Below, piece by piece: positions 38,746 to 48,816 of a stretch of 63,709 bases of DNA. Origin of the DNA: a virus (Duplodnaviria > Caudoviricetes); the IMG/VR virus record IMGVR_UViG_3300048850_000155, positions 1 to 63,709 of that record, one strand, 5' to 3'. A model generated the notes under the pieces. That model ran no database searches. It was given only the letters and a program-made list of their open reading frames with translations, and had not been told where the DNA came from. The position numbers were made by a program, and so were the translations under genes. How positions within the stretch are numbered: the first letter of the stretch is position 1; every line of letters begins with the position of its first letter.

Positions 38746-39119
38746 TGGCAATCCCCGCCTGGCCGGCGAGCGTGCCGAGCAAGCCACAGCTGTCCTCGTG
38801 GTCGATCGACCAGCTCGCTCGGCCGTTGCTCGAAACGGACATGGACGGCGGCAATGTTCGGGCACGGCGCAAGTTCGTCGATGTCATCGCGCAGATGCCC
38901 TATGCCGTCCTGATGACGGTCGCCGAATACGCGACATTCAAGTCGTTTCTCCTGACCGATCTCGGCCAAGGCGCGGCTGAATTCACGATGCCTGTCTATA
39001 CGGGCACGGGCTGCGAGTCGAAGACGGTGCGCATCATTGGCGGCGCGAATGCCGTCAAGGTGCAGCTGGTCGGCTCCCGGCGCCTGGTCTCTTTCAGCCT
39101 CGATGTCAGGGATCTCTGA
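38745..39119 (+). CDS. Distal tail protein-like
   Basis: WPASVP...TDMDGG..RARR. Confidence 0.7.
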   Translation: MAIPAWPASVPSKPQLSSWSIDQLARPLLETDMDGGNVRARRKFVDVIAQMPYAVLMTVAEYATFKSFLLTDLGQGAAEFTMPVYTGTGCESKTVRIIGGANAVKVQLVGSRRLVSFSLDVRDL

Positions 39120-39658
39120 TGGCCGACTTCTGGACACCCGAATACGCGATCAACATGGCGTCGGACGATAAGACGGACGTTGCCATGGAGACGCTCGAAC
39201 TGCACCATCCGGCCTTTGTCGAGGACGGGCAGCAGATCGCCGTCCGCGCCGTCAACCAGCTCAAGGATAAGGTGCTGACGCTCGACCTCGGCGCGCCGCT
39301 GCAGCCTGGCCAAGCCGTCACCTTCACGGCCATTCCTTTCCTCTTCGACTTCCCGAGCTTCGAAGAGGGGCGCGCGCCGGAGGCGACGGTTACCGTCGAC
39401 AATATCGGCCGCGAAATCGACAAATACCTGGACGCGGCCGAGACGATGTATACCGAGCTCGTCTGCATCTATCGCGTCTACATGTCGTCCGACCCGACAA
39501 CGGTGGCGTTCGGCCCGTTCCGCTTCGTCATGCGCGAGGTGGACACGAAGGGTGCAAGCGTGTCCGGCAGCGTCACCGTTGCGAACGCCCAGAACCTCAA
39601 ATTCCTGCGCCGGCTCTACACGTCGGATCAATTCCCCTCGCTCTTGGCGGTGTCGTGA
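39119..39658 (+). CDS. DUF1833-like tail tip protein
   Basis: ETLELHHPAF...YTSDQFPSL. Confidence 0.75.
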   Translation: MADFWTPEYAINMASDDKTDVAMETLELHHPAFVEDGQQIAVRAVNQLKDKVLTLDLGAPLQPGQAVTFTAIPFLFDFPSFEEGRAPEATVTVDNIGREIDKYLDAAETMYTELVCIYRVYMSSDPTTVAFGPFRFVMREVDTKGASVSGSVTVANAQNLKFLRRLYTSDQFPSLLAVS

Positions 39659-39825
39659 TGATGAAATGGCTGAAAACTGTGTTCCAGCGCAGACCTGAGC
39701 CTGCGCCCTTCCTCCCGCCGGCCCCCGAGACCGGATCGGGCGTGAAGCCGATCATTCGATCGGCAGACGGGCTAATGGTCGTGGATTTCGAAGCGCGCAA
39801 GATCACCGTTCGCTACCCCCGATGA
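39658..39825 (+). CDS. Small hypothetical protein
   Basis: Read by hand; coupled on both sides. Confidence 0.35.
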   Translation: MMKWLKTVFQRRPEPAPFLPPAPETGSGVKPIIRSADGLMVVDFEARKITVRYPR

Positions 39826-40238
39826 CCGACCGTCTTGCGCGCCTCGCCGCGCTGCTCGGCCGCCCCTATGTCGTCGGGGCGAACGGGCCTGACGCTTTCG
39901 ACTGCTACGGGCTCGCCCGCTACGTGCTGGGCGAGGTCTATGGCGAGGCTCTGCCGGATATCGAACGCAGTAGCAACGAGCCACGGGCCACGGCGCGCGC
40001 CATACTGGCGCATCCTGATCGGGCGCTATGGACCCGGATCGAGCAGCCGATCGACGGCGCGCTCGTGCTGATGGGCAATGTCGACGGCCGGGATATCCAT
40101 CTCGGCGTGGCCGTGGCCGACGGGCGGCAAATGCTCGTGCTCCACACCGACGAGCCGGCGGGCGTCATGGCCGACGACATGATGGGCCTCGCAGTACGGG
40201 GCTTCAACAACATCAAGTTTTTCGGGAGGCGGGCGTGA
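39822..40238 (+). CDS. NlpC/P60 tail assembly protein
   Basis: GPDAFDCYGL...HLGV...LH. Confidence 0.88.
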   Translation: MTDRLARLAALLGRPYVVGANGPDAFDCYGLARYVLGEVYGEALPDIERSSNEPRATARAILAHPDRALWTRIEQPIDGALVLMGNVDGRDIHLGVAVADGRQMLVLHTDEPAGVMADDMMGLAVRGFNNIKFFGRRA

Positions 40239-40483
40239 GCGACATGGCCGTCAGAGGCAACTGCATTCTGGCAGTAGTCGCGCACCTTCTGCTCGGCTGC
40301 CGGATGCGCGTGATGCGCAATCGCAGCGGTTTGTGGCACCTGTATTGGGTCGATAATTCCGGCCAAGCGTGGGAGCTCTACGCAAAGGGCGCCTCCCGAA
40401 GGACATACATACAAAACGCTTGGTATCGGGGGCACATCAAGCGGTGCCCTGCTCTAGATGAGCCACACCATGGCGCGCTTTAG
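40235..40483 (+). CDS. Hypothetical protein
   Basis: GGGAGG RBS and GTGA coupling. Confidence 0.35.
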   Translation: MSDMAVRGNCILAVVAHLLLGCRMRVMRNRSGLWHLYWVDNSGQAWELYAKGASRRTYIQNAWYRGHIKRCPALDEPHHGAL

Positions 40484-40526
40484 CTCCAGGTTTTTCGGCG
40501 CACCGTCGCGCGTCTAAGGGTTTCTC

Positions 40527-43500
40527 ATGCCTCTTGTTCGTCATCAACTCGCCGACCCGGCGGGAATGCCCTTGCTCGTCGTGGCCGAAGCCGAGCGGCG
40601 GCAGCGCGAGACGATCGCGGGCTTCGTCAAGCGGCAAGGATGGACCTTCTACACGCTGCCGACCGTCTGCCTCGTCAATGGCACGCCGGTGCCGGTCGCC
40701 GAATGGGAGCATCGCAGGCTCCGCAAGCGCGACGAGGTGGTGTTTCTGTCGAGGCCGCTTGGCGGCGCGATGGGCGGCGGCAAAGGCTCGAGCGCCAAGT
40801 CGATCGGCGCGGTAATAGGCCTGATCGCGCTGACGGCGCTCGCTCCCTGGGCAGCGGGCCTGGTCTTCGGGGCGGGGACGGTGGCCGCGGGTATCGGTGC
40901 GGCGCTGCTCGTCGCCGGCGGCTCCATGCTGCTGACGCGGTTCTTGACGCCGAAGGCGGGCGGACAGTCGGAGAAGAAGGACGACCTCTATTCGATCTCC
41001 GGGGGCAGCAATCAAGCGCGGCCGTTGCAGCCTATCCCGGTCGGCTATGGCCGAAGGCTCGCGGCTCCGGATCTCGCCGCGCCGTCCTACAGCGAATATC
41101 AGGGCGACGACCAATATCTCTATCAGCTCTTCGCGATCGGCTGCGGCAAGTACGACCTCGAGGAAATCCGCATCGACGACACGCCGCTGTGGACCAAGGC
41201 CGGCGGGCTCAATCCGTCCTTCCCGAATGTGCAGCTGCAATATTGCAATCCCGGCGATCAGGTCACCCTCTTCCCCGTGAACGTCGTCACCGCGTCGGAA
41301 GTCTCCGGCCAGGAGGTGAAGCCGCAGAACGCCTGGATCGGCGGCTTTGTCGCCAATGCCGCGGGGACGCTGGCGCGCGAGCTCATCATCGATCTCGTCT
41401 GGCCGGGCGGCAATTTCGACACTTATCAGAACAAGCTTTATCCCGTGGGGACACAGGTCGAGGCGCAGGCGGCACTCGTTGACGACGCCGGTGCGCAGAT
41501 CGGCGATTGGTTCGGGATCCTCAACAAGACTTACAACCTCGCCAAGAACAGCCAGATCCGCGTGACCGAGCGCGTCGGCGTGCCGCCCGGCCGCTACATG
41601 GTCCGGCTGAGGACGACGACACCGGTCTGGCAGGGTGATCCGAACCCCTATAACGGCGGCAAGTCGACCGTTACGAATGCCTTCAACTGGTCGGCCCTGC
41701 GCGCCTCGATCGACGGGCCGCAGAGCTTCCCCGGCGTCACGACGCTGGCGATCAAGATGAAGGCGGATGCCGTTCTTTCCGGCCTCTCCAGCCGCAAGAT
41801 CGGCACCATCCAGACCCGCATTATTCCAGTGTGGACGGGGACCGCATGGGCCGAGCAGGCGACGCGGAATCCCGTCTGGGCGGCGCTCGACATCTGGTCG
41901 AACAGCGACTATTCGGCGGGGCTCAACCTCGCCAATGTCGACCTGCAGACGTTCACGACCTACGCCACCTATTTCGACGCGATCGGCCACACCTTCGACC
42001 ACGTCTTCACCGACCCCGTTTCGGTTTATGAGGCGCTCGAGACGGCGTTGCGGCCGGGCCGCGCCAATCCGGCCTTCATCGGCGACCGCATGACGATGGT
42101 GCGGGATGAGCCCCGCGCCCTGCCGCGCATGCTCTTTACCGATTGGGAGATCGTCCGCGGGTCGCTCACCATCAACCGCCGACTGCTCGACGAGGAATTC
42201 GCCGACGGCGTCGTGGTGCAATATCTCGACGAGCGCGTCTGGCGGCTCGCCGATGCGCCCTCGGCGCCCGGCCTCGTCAAGCCGGCGTCGGTGCAGGTGG
42301 ACGGCATCACCAAGCGCGAGCAGGCTGTCGGCGTCGCCCGCTATCTCGCGGCCGTGAACAACTACCGCCGACGGACGGTGACCTTTCAGTGCGAACTGGA
42401 GGGCCGCATGCTCAAGCGCGGCGATATGATCGCCGTGCAATCCGAGCTGCCGCAGACATGGGGCCAGTCCGGTCGCGTCACCGCCTATGCCGCGGCGATG
42501 AAGACGCTGACGCTCGACCCGGCGCCGCAATGGGCTGGCAGCGGCAACCACTACGTCGAGATCCGCCGCAAGGATGGTCTGCCCTTCGGGCCGGTGCGCG
42601 TGACGCGCGGCGTCGACGATGGCCATGCCGCCTTTGTCGGGGCCGATCTCGCGGCTGTCGAGGGTGCGCAGGGCATCACCATTGCCGACGTCCTAGCGCG
42701 CACGCCCACCATGGAGCTGCCGAGCTTCGTCTTCTCGGTCGGCCAGCCGCAGACCTTCCGCGGGCTCGTCACGAAGGGCACGCCGAATGGCGACCTGATG
42801 GAGATCGAGGCCGTCATCGACGACCCGCGCGTTTATGACATCGACGAGGGCGACGTGCCGCCGCTGCCGAGCGTGCCGACCTTCCTCAACCCGGGGCTGC
42901 CCGTCGTCACGACCCTTTCGGCCCAAATGCGGCAGGAGGGCACCAACTGCATGCTCAATGTCGGCTGGGAACCACCGGCCGGTGCTGCCACCTATGCTGC
43001 GCAGATCTCCTATGATGCCGGCGAGACCTGGCAGGCCGTGTTCCAGGGCAGCGAGACATTCTTCAAGGTCTTGGTCAGCCCGTCGAACCTGAAGGTCAGG
43101 GTGCAGCCGCGCACGGTCAATGGCCTGCCAGGGCCATGGAGTGTGGTCGATGTGCTCGCTCCCGAGATCGAGATCAGCAACAGCTTCGTGCGTATCAAGC
43201 TCGACGAGAATGACCTTCGCTCCGACATCGAGAAGTTCATCACGTTCAATCCGCTGATCCAGGATGTGGCGGATCTCACCGGCGAGGCGCATGTCATCGC
43301 CGACGCGGCCGACGGCAAGGCGCGGGCGGCCATCACGCAGATCGCCGAGGTGAAGGTGACCTCCGACAAGGCGCTCGCCATCTTCGGCTTCGATGTCGTC
43401 GCCGAATATGACAACGAGGGCATCACTGTCGGCGAGCGCCTTACGGCCGCGGCGGACGCCTATGGTAATCTCGTCGGCTCCTACAAGGTGACGCTGACCT

Positions 43501-43847
43501 CTGCCGGCTACCTGTCGGGCTTTGAATCGATCACCGCGACCGGCGCGCCGGGGCAGGTGGTCAACGAATTCCGCATCTCGACGAACAAGTTCCTCGTCGG
43601 GCCGCCGGCGGCTGTCGGCACGCAGCCTGAATATTTCTTCTCGGTCGCCTTCCGCAACGGCGCGCAACGGGTGTCCTTGCGCGGCGATCTCGTCGCCGAC
43701 GGCACCGTGTCGGCCAATGCCATCCAGACGGACAGCCTGTCGGCCATTTCGGCGAATATCGGCGACGTGACGGCGGGCGTTCTGCGCGGTCCCAACAACA
43801 AGATGCGGATCGAGCTGGGCAACGAAAGGATCCTCATCAGTGACTAA
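40527..43847 (+). CDS. Tail tip/host-specificity protein (gpI-gpJ-like)
   Basis: NQARPLQPIPVGYG, TRNPVWA, FN3-like region, LSAISANIG. Confidence 0.9.
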   Translation: MPLVRHQLADPAGMPLLVVAEAERRQRETIAGFVKRQGWTFYTLPTVCLVNGTPVPVAEWEHRRLRKRDEVVFLSRPLGGAMGGGKGSSAKSIGAVIGLIALTALAPWAAGLVFGAGTVAAGIGAALLVAGGSMLLTRFLTPKAGGQSEKKDDLYSISGGSNQARPLQPIPVGYGRRLAAPDLAAPSYSEYQGDDQYLYQLFAIGCGKYDLEEIRIDDTPLWTKAGGLNPSFPNVQLQYCNPGDQVTLFPVNVVTASEVSGQEVKPQNAWIGGFVANAAGTLARELIIDLVWPGGNFDTYQNKLYPVGTQVEAQAALVDDAGAQIGDWFGILNKTYNLAKNSQIRVTERVGVPPGRYMVRLRTTTPVWQGDPNPYNGGKSTVTNAFNWSALRASIDGPQSFPGVTTLAIKMKADAVLSGLSSRKIGTIQTRIIPVWTGTAWAEQATRNPVWAALDIWSNSDYSAGLNLANVDLQTFTTYATYFDAIGHTFDHVFTDPVSVYEALETALRPGRANPAFIGDRMTMVRDEPRALPRMLFTDWEIVRGSLTINRRLLDEEFADGVVVQYLDERVWRLADAPSAPGLVKPASVQVDGITKREQAVGVARYLAAVNNYRRRTVTFQCELEGRMLKRGDMIAVQSELPQTWGQSGRVTAYAAAMKTLTLDPAPQWAGSGNHYVEIRRKDGLPFGPVRVTRGVDDGHAAFVGADLAAVEGAQGITIADVLARTPTMELPSFVFSVGQPQTFRGLVTKGTPNGDLMEIEAVIDDPRVYDIDEGDVPPLPSVPTFLNPGLPVVTTLSAQMRQEGTNCMLNVGWEPPAGAATYAAQISYDAGETWQAVFQGSETFFKVLVSPSNLKVRVQPRTVNGLPGPWSVVDVLAPEIEISNSFVRIKLDENDLRSDIEKFITFNPLIQDVADLTGEAHVIADAADGKARAAITQIAEVKVTSDKALAIFGFDVVAEYDNEGITVGERLTAAADAYGNLVGSYKVTLTSAGYLSGFESITATGAPGQVVNEFRISTNKFLVGPPAAVGTQPEYFFSVAFRNGAQRVSLRGDLVADGTVSANAIQTDSLSAISANIGDVTAGVLRGPNNKMRIELGNERILISD

Positions 43848-44286
43848 TCGGGTGGTGCTTGGCCGGCATCCGGCCGGGGCGATGGGCCTTTTCGTCTCCA
43901 AGCCCGGCGTCGACGTTCTGGCCGTGGGGCCGGCCGATCGGGGCAACCTGTCCTTCTCCACGGAATGGGGGCAGGTGGCCACCATCATTGCGCAGGGCAT
44001 CGTCTCGCCGGGCGCCGTCGTCACCATGCCGCCTGGCACCGACTATTGGCCGGCGGTGTGGTGGTCGCCGGTCTCCGGCAATGTCGTCCAGCCAGGCGCC
44101 TGGTGGTACGCCGAGAACGCGAGCGGCTCGACCCAGCGGCTTTGGGGGACGATCTATCAGCTCGTCTATCTTGGCGGCAATCCCTGCCAGCTTCGCTGGG
44201 ACGACACGGCGCCGGCCAATCCCGACATCACCCGCGCCGGCTATTTCGACATCAAATATGTCGCCTTCGGCCTGCGGGTGAACTGA
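43840..44286 (+). CDS. Minor tail protein
   Basis: RVVLG...GLFVSKPGVDV; follows tip gene. Confidence 0.6.
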   Translation: MTNRVVLGRHPAGAMGLFVSKPGVDVLAVGPADRGNLSFSTEWGQVATIIAQGIVSPGAVVTMPPGTDYWPAVWWSPVSGNVVQPGAWWYAENASGSTQRLWGTIYQLVYLGGNPCQLRWDDTAPANPDITRAGYFDIKYVAFGLRVN

Positions 44287-44693
44287 TGGCCACGCGCGTG
44301 ATCATCCAGCCCGGCTATCTGGCGATCAGCCGGCCGGGCTTCGACGCCGGCTCGGGTCGGCCGCCCGATATGCTGCTGATGGCCGGCATGCGCTTCGGCC
44401 AGATCATCGAAACCGGCGAGTTCGGCCTGTCCTATACGACGGTTGCGCCGTTCTATTATTACGGCTCAGGGAATTTCAGTCGTGTCTATCCCTATACGCC
44501 GCTGGTCTTCACGAAGATCCGCGCGGCCGACGGTGGCTACTACGACCATTACACTTGGTTTGACGAGACCACCTATAAGATCGCCTTGACCGTTACACCG
44601 AGCGGCATCTCGGCTCACGGGGACATGCTCCAGCCGCCGGCACAATACCGGCCGGCGAGCATCCTCTATGTCGTCTATCGGGGGCCGTCCTGA
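44286..44693 (+). CDS. Minor tail protein
   Basis: RVII...LAISRPGFDA, similar N-terminus to preceding gene. Confidence 0.6.
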   Translation: MATRVIIQPGYLAISRPGFDAGSGRPPDMLLMAGMRFGQIIETGEFGLSYTTVAPFYYYGSGNFSRVYPYTPLVFTKIRAADGGYYDHYTWFDETTYKIALTVTPSGISAHGDMLQPPAQYRPASILYVVYRGPS

Positions 44694-45082
44694 TGGCGCT
44701 CTCAGTTTTCTTCAACGCGGCGGACAAGTTCCGCGTCGTTGCCGACACCGTGAATGTCGGGGACGATCTCGACCCGCGCGTGCTGTTCTCGCCGGATTGG
44801 CAGGGCGCCCTCGTCGAGTATCACGAATATGGCGTTGGCGGCGATTCAAGCAATGTCTGGGTGCCCTTCTCGATGAGCTTCGCCCGCCCGCCAATCGTCA
44901 TCTCCGGCTTTCTGGCAAGCGGGCAATTCTATTCGCCCTATAGCAAGATGTATTACACGATCAACACCGGCGAGACGGCGGCACTGCAACAAGTCTTCGT
45001 CCACGTCCTCACCAATGGACTGACCTTCTCGGTAGCCGGCTATGGCGGCGGCACCTTCAAAGCTTACGTGATGGGGAATTGA
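44693..45082 (+). CDS. Minor tail protein
   Basis: Coupled; beta-rich; VPFSMSFARPP. Confidence 0.55.
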   Translation: MALSVFFNAADKFRVVADTVNVGDDLDPRVLFSPDWQGALVEYHEYGVGGDSSNVWVPFSMSFARPPIVISGFLASGQFYSPYSKMYYTINTGETAALQQVFVHVLTNGLTFSVAGYGGGTFKAYVMGN

Positions 45083-45481
45083 ATGGATATTCTGATCGCG
45101 GGCGACGCGACGGGGCGCATCGTCCATGTCGCCAATGCGGACGACGCCACGGCGCTGCAGGCGGATTATGAGAAGCGCGGCGAGCCCTGTGTCGTGCTCA
45201 GCACCGATTCCCGCCGCTTCTATCTGAAGGATGGCCAGCTCGTGCGGCGCCCCGAAAGCCCGGCGGTGCTGTCGGCGGCCGAGGTGCCGGCCGGCAGCGG
45301 CGTGACACTCACGGGCGCGCCAGCGGGCGCTGCGATCACGATAACCGGCCCTGTGCAGGCGAGCATCGAGAGCGATGGCGAGCCCGTCGCGCTCACCTTT
45401 CCGCTCGCCGGGCTCTACACGATTGTCGTGAGCCATTGGCCCGATCGCGATGCCAATTTCGTTCTAGAGGTGACGCCATGA
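45083..45481 (+). CDS. Tail-associated hypothetical protein
   Basis: FYLKDGQLVRRP; operon position. Confidence 0.55.
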   Translation: MDILIAGDATGRIVHVANADDATALQADYEKRGEPCVVLSTDSRRFYLKDGQLVRRPESPAVLSAAEVPAGSGVTLTGAPAGAAITITGPVQASIESDGEPVALTFPLAGLYTIVVSHWPDRDANFVLEVTP

Positions 45482-45825
45482 GAACCGTCGTCATCGCGCC
45501 CGATCTTGCCGCCTTCAAGGCATCGGCCGAGGCCGCCATCGACCGCGCCTATGCAGCCGCCCGGCCGGAAAGCCTGGCCAGTGAAGACGCCGTGACCCTC
45601 GCGCAGGCCCAGCGCGTGCTCGACGGACAGGAGCCGTTGCCGGAGTTCGCAGACGAGGCGAAGGCGCGCCGCCTCAAGCCGGCCGATCTCGCTGCGCAGG
45701 TGCGCGACCAGGCGCAAGGCGTCTACCAGCGCAAGCTGAAGCGCGTGCAGGCGAAGCTCGCCGTGCGCGCGGCCCAGGACATTGCCGCGGTCAAAGCGGC
45801 GCTCGATCGTGAGGGGATCGTCTGA
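45478..45825 (+). CDS. Tail-associated hypothetical protein (chaperone-like)
   Basis: Helical; KRVQAKLAVRAA. Confidence 0.55.
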   Translation: MRTVVIAPDLAAFKASAEAAIDRAYAAARPESLASEDAVTLAQAQRVLDGQEPLPEFADEAKARRLKPADLAAQVRDQAQGVYQRKLKRVQAKLAVRAAQDIAAVKAALDREGIV

Positions 45826-45827
45826 AC

Positions 45828-47303
45828 ATGCCGTCCGAACAGCTCGTCTATCCCTATCTCACCGGCACCGCGATTCCTGGCTCCGGCTTCAACACGACCT
45901 GCAGCGTCACGAATGGCTCTGTCACGGTGACGGGTCAGTTTTCGATCTGGGAAACGGCCCTCGACAGGGGCGACGTGCTCTTCGTCGGTTCGACCATGGG
46001 GCTCGTGCAGGAGGTCGTCTCCGACACCGAACTGACGCTCGCCACGCCCTGGGCCGGTGAGACTGCGGCGACGGCGCCCTATGCCGCCTATCGGAACAAC
46101 TCCTATGTCGACCCGCGGAACTACGGCCGCCGGCTGGCGGAATATTTGACGAAGCTGCGCGCCATTCCCGACGACATCGACGCCTTTCTCACAGAGCTTG
46201 AAGCTATTCGAGATGAGATCGCCGCCGACGCGGCGCAGGTCGCGGCGGACAAGGCCGCTGCAGCGGCCTCAGCGTCGGCGGCAGCGGGGTCGGAAACCGC
46301 GTCCGCAGGCTCGGCGACTACGGCCGGAACGGCCGCCACCACGGCGACCGGCGCGCTCGCCGACTTCCGCAACATCTATTATGGCGATCTGCCCGCCGAC
46401 CCGGCGACGCGGCCGGATGGCACGCCTTCCGAGGATGGCGACTTCTACTACAACACCACGACCGGCGGCCTACGGCTGCGCAAGGGCGGCCTTTGGGTCA
46501 ATGCTGTCATCGACGCTAACGGGGCTCTGGTTGCGGCTAACAACCTGTCGGATCTCACCGATAAGGCGGTGGCGCGCGGCAATCTCGGCTTGCCGGACTC
46601 CGGCCAGCTGGCTGGCTTTCGGAACCTGCTGATCAACGCTACAGGGCAGGTCAACCAGCGCGGATACCTCAGCGGCGCAGCTACGACGGCGCCCAACCGG
46701 TACACGCTCGATCGTTGGCGCGTTGTTGCCAGTGGGCAAAACGTTAGCTGGAGCACGGCCAATGGGGTACGCACCTTCACCGTTCCGGCCGGCGGTTGGG
46801 AACAAGTGATTGAGGGCGCCAATATCCTCGACGGCACCTACACGCTGTCTTGGACCGGAACGGCCACCGCGACCGTCAATGGTGCGGCGGTGCCAAATGG
46901 TGGTCAGGTTACCCTGACGGGGGGCGCTGACACGACGGTTCGCTTCTCATCTGGAACACTTTCTCTCCCACAGCTCGAGCCTGGAGGGACGGTGACCCCA
47001 TTTGAGATGCGGCCGATAGCGGCTGAGATTGCGCTCTGCACTCGATACTTTCAAACGGTCGCAGCCAGCGCGCGCTTCCCGGCACCCTATGCGAACGCAG
47101 TATTTGGCGTTTCGTTGAATTGGTCGCGTATGAGAGCGGCGCCTAGCGTATCTCTTATGACCGCCCCGGCCACATCAATTGTCTCTGACTACCAAGTGTC
47201 AAACGTTACACCCTTTGGTGGCCGGTTTTTTGTAACATCATCCAATGCTGGCGATTGTTCTGCAGCTGGCGCCATCTACTTCTTGGACTCGGAGCTCCCA
47301 TGA
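45828..47303 (+). CDS. Tail fibre / receptor-binding protein
   Basis: Ala/Ser/Thr stalk, NNLSDL, RNLLINA..VNQRG, DRW, ALCTRYF. Confidence 0.8.
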   Translation: MPSEQLVYPYLTGTAIPGSGFNTTCSVTNGSVTVTGQFSIWETALDRGDVLFVGSTMGLVQEVVSDTELTLATPWAGETAATAPYAAYRNNSYVDPRNYGRRLAEYLTKLRAIPDDIDAFLTELEAIRDEIAADAAQVAADKAAAAASASAAAGSETASAGSATTAGTAATTATGALADFRNIYYGDLPADPATRPDGTPSEDGDFYYNTTTGGLRLRKGGLWVNAVIDANGALVAANNLSDLTDKAVARGNLGLPDSGQLAGFRNLLINATGQVNQRGYLSGAATTAPNRYTLDRWRVVASGQNVSWSTANGVRTFTVPAGGWEQVIEGANILDGTYTLSWTGTATATVNGAAVPNGGQVTLTGGADTTVRFSSGTLSLPQLEPGGTVTPFEMRPIAAEIALCTRYFQTVAASARFPAPYANAVFGVSLNWSRMRAAPSVSLMTAPATSIVSDYQVSNVTPFGGRFFVTSSNAGDCSAAGAIYFLDSELP

Positions 47304-47752
47304 TCATCGAGAGCGCACGTTATACGGATATGAACGAAATTCGGGCGTTCATGCAGGGGGAGGATAGGCTAATTCCCAGCGACCCGGCTAACCGCGACCG
47401 CCAGTTCCTGGCGGAATGGGAAGCGGAAGGAAACGCCATCGCCCCCTATGTTCCTCCACTGCCCCCCGTTCCCGACATCAGCGATCGGCAGTTCTTTCAG
47501 CAGATGGCGATCGAGGGCACAATCATGCGGGATGAAGCCCTCGCGGCCGTCAAGACCGGGTCTATCCCCACGAGCCTGCAGACGATCGTTGACGGCATTC
47601 AAGATCAGGCGCAGCGCTTTACGGCCGAGATGCTGCTTTCCGGCGCAACGACATTCCAGCGCTCTCACCCGCTGACAGACGCCATCGGGCAAGCTACCGG
47701 ACGGGCGCCAGAGCAGATCGATGATTTCTTTCGGTCGGCAGCCCAGCTCTAA
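47300..47752 (+). CDS. Tail fibre assembly/chaperone protein
   Basis: IPSDPANRD, ISDRQF, QIDDFFRSAAQL. Confidence 0.7.
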   Translation: MIIESARYTDMNEIRAFMQGEDRLIPSDPANRDRQFLAEWEAEGNAIAPYVPPLPPVPDISDRQFFQQMAIEGTIMRDEALAAVKTGSIPTSLQTIVDGIQDQAQRFTAEMLLSGATTFQRSHPLTDAIGQATGRAPEQIDDFFRSAAQL

Positions 47753-47791
47753 CGCGTATCGTCTCATGATGGAGCGCTCATGCGCGCTCCA

Positions 47792-48559
47792 TCATGCGTT
47801 CTTTGCTGCGGAGATCATAACCGCCGCTAAAATTTCACGGATACGCGCCCGATGATCGGTTGCGAACGGAGGTAAAATTCCGTTCTTCTCGAAAGTGACC
47901 ATCACCCAAGCATTACGCACCTCGCACGTGATGGCTGCGTACGGCGAAAACATCTCAGTTGCGTCAAAAGAGGTCGCCTTATTCCAAATCGCGAACCGAC
48001 CGTCCCGACTGTTGAAGTTCCATTGATGGAAACCGGCATAGCCTTCCGTCTCGGCTTCATTGACGGCGTGATGCAACACGACCCGACCGAACGGTTTCGC
48101 AACAAGAAACATCTGCTGGATGCCGCACACCGGATCAAACGAATGATCGAGCGCGTTGCGGCAATGAACAACGTCGAAACTGTCAATGTCGTAGTAAGCC
48201 GTGAGGTCCTCGGCGAAGGCCTGTGCCGTCGTCACAGGCCAGTCTATCCCATGACGTTGCGCCATCTCAGCATAAAACGGAGCGAGCGGATCGCATGCGG
48301 TAATTGTGGCGCGGCCGCCTTCATAGACGGCCCCGATCGTGGACATGGGGCCGGCGCCAACGTCCAGAATCCTCCACTCCTCCACAGGCCTTGATGGCTC
48401 CAACCCGGGCGTAAGCGGTGCGTCAGGATTGAGCCGGCGCTTAAAGCCTTCTGGCCATTCTGCGCCTTGGGTGGCATACCACCGCCCCCAAAACTCGAGC
48501 TCGTACGCGATCCCGTTCTGCCATGCCGCGATTTGACCGGCGAGCGCTTCATGATCCAT
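47792..48559 (-). CDS. Class I SAM-dependent methyltransferase (non-DNA, moron)
   Basis: ILDVGAGP, FDVVHCRNALDH; GGAGG RBS before ATG 48559. Confidence 0.85.
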   Translation of the reverse strand: MDHEALAGQIAAWQNGIAYELEFWGRWYATQGAEWPEGFKRRLNPDAPLTPGLEPSRPVEEWRILDVGAGPMSTIGAVYEGGRATITACDPLAPFYAEMAQRHGIDWPVTTAQAFAEDLTAYYDIDSFDVVHCRNALDHSFDPVCGIQQMFLVAKPFGRVVLHHAVNEAETEGYAGFHQWNFNSRDGRFAIWNKATSFDATEMFSPYAAITCEVRNAWVMVTFEKNGILPPFATDHRARIREILAAVMISAAKNA

Positions 48560-48599
48560 ATGGCTACCTCCCTTTCCCATCAGTACCGTCCGCGCTTGG

Positions 48600-48816
48600 G
48601 GTATACGTTCCACGCTGGTCATTGAAGAGATCAGCCGACACTCCAGAGGAGTGGTCGGAGCTGTTGGCCTGGGCGAGTGCAGGGAATTCGATCCAGCCGT
48701 GCCAACCTCCTCCCGAGCAGAGTGAAAAGCCCAGCCTTCTTTCTGAGATCGTGGACCAGCTAAGGCAAGACCCCGCCGCGAAGACGGAACTCGTCGCAGC
48801 ACTTGGCCTGTCTTAG
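48600..48816 (+). pseudogene. Probable remnant of a tail fibre assembly gene
   Basis: ELLAWASAGNSIQPCQPP resembles FLAEWEAEGNAIAPYVPP in 47300-47752; no clear start. Confidence 0.4.

Noticed and set aside
40437-44039. Long antisense ORFs (729 aa, 448 aa; likewise 20874-22310 and 13832-15124)
   Set aside because: Shadow frames of GC-rich genes with clear phage identity on the opposite strand.
45828-47303. Diversity-generating retroelement or invertible tail-fibre cassette
   Set aside because: No reverse transcriptase, invertase or template/variable repeat pair seen.
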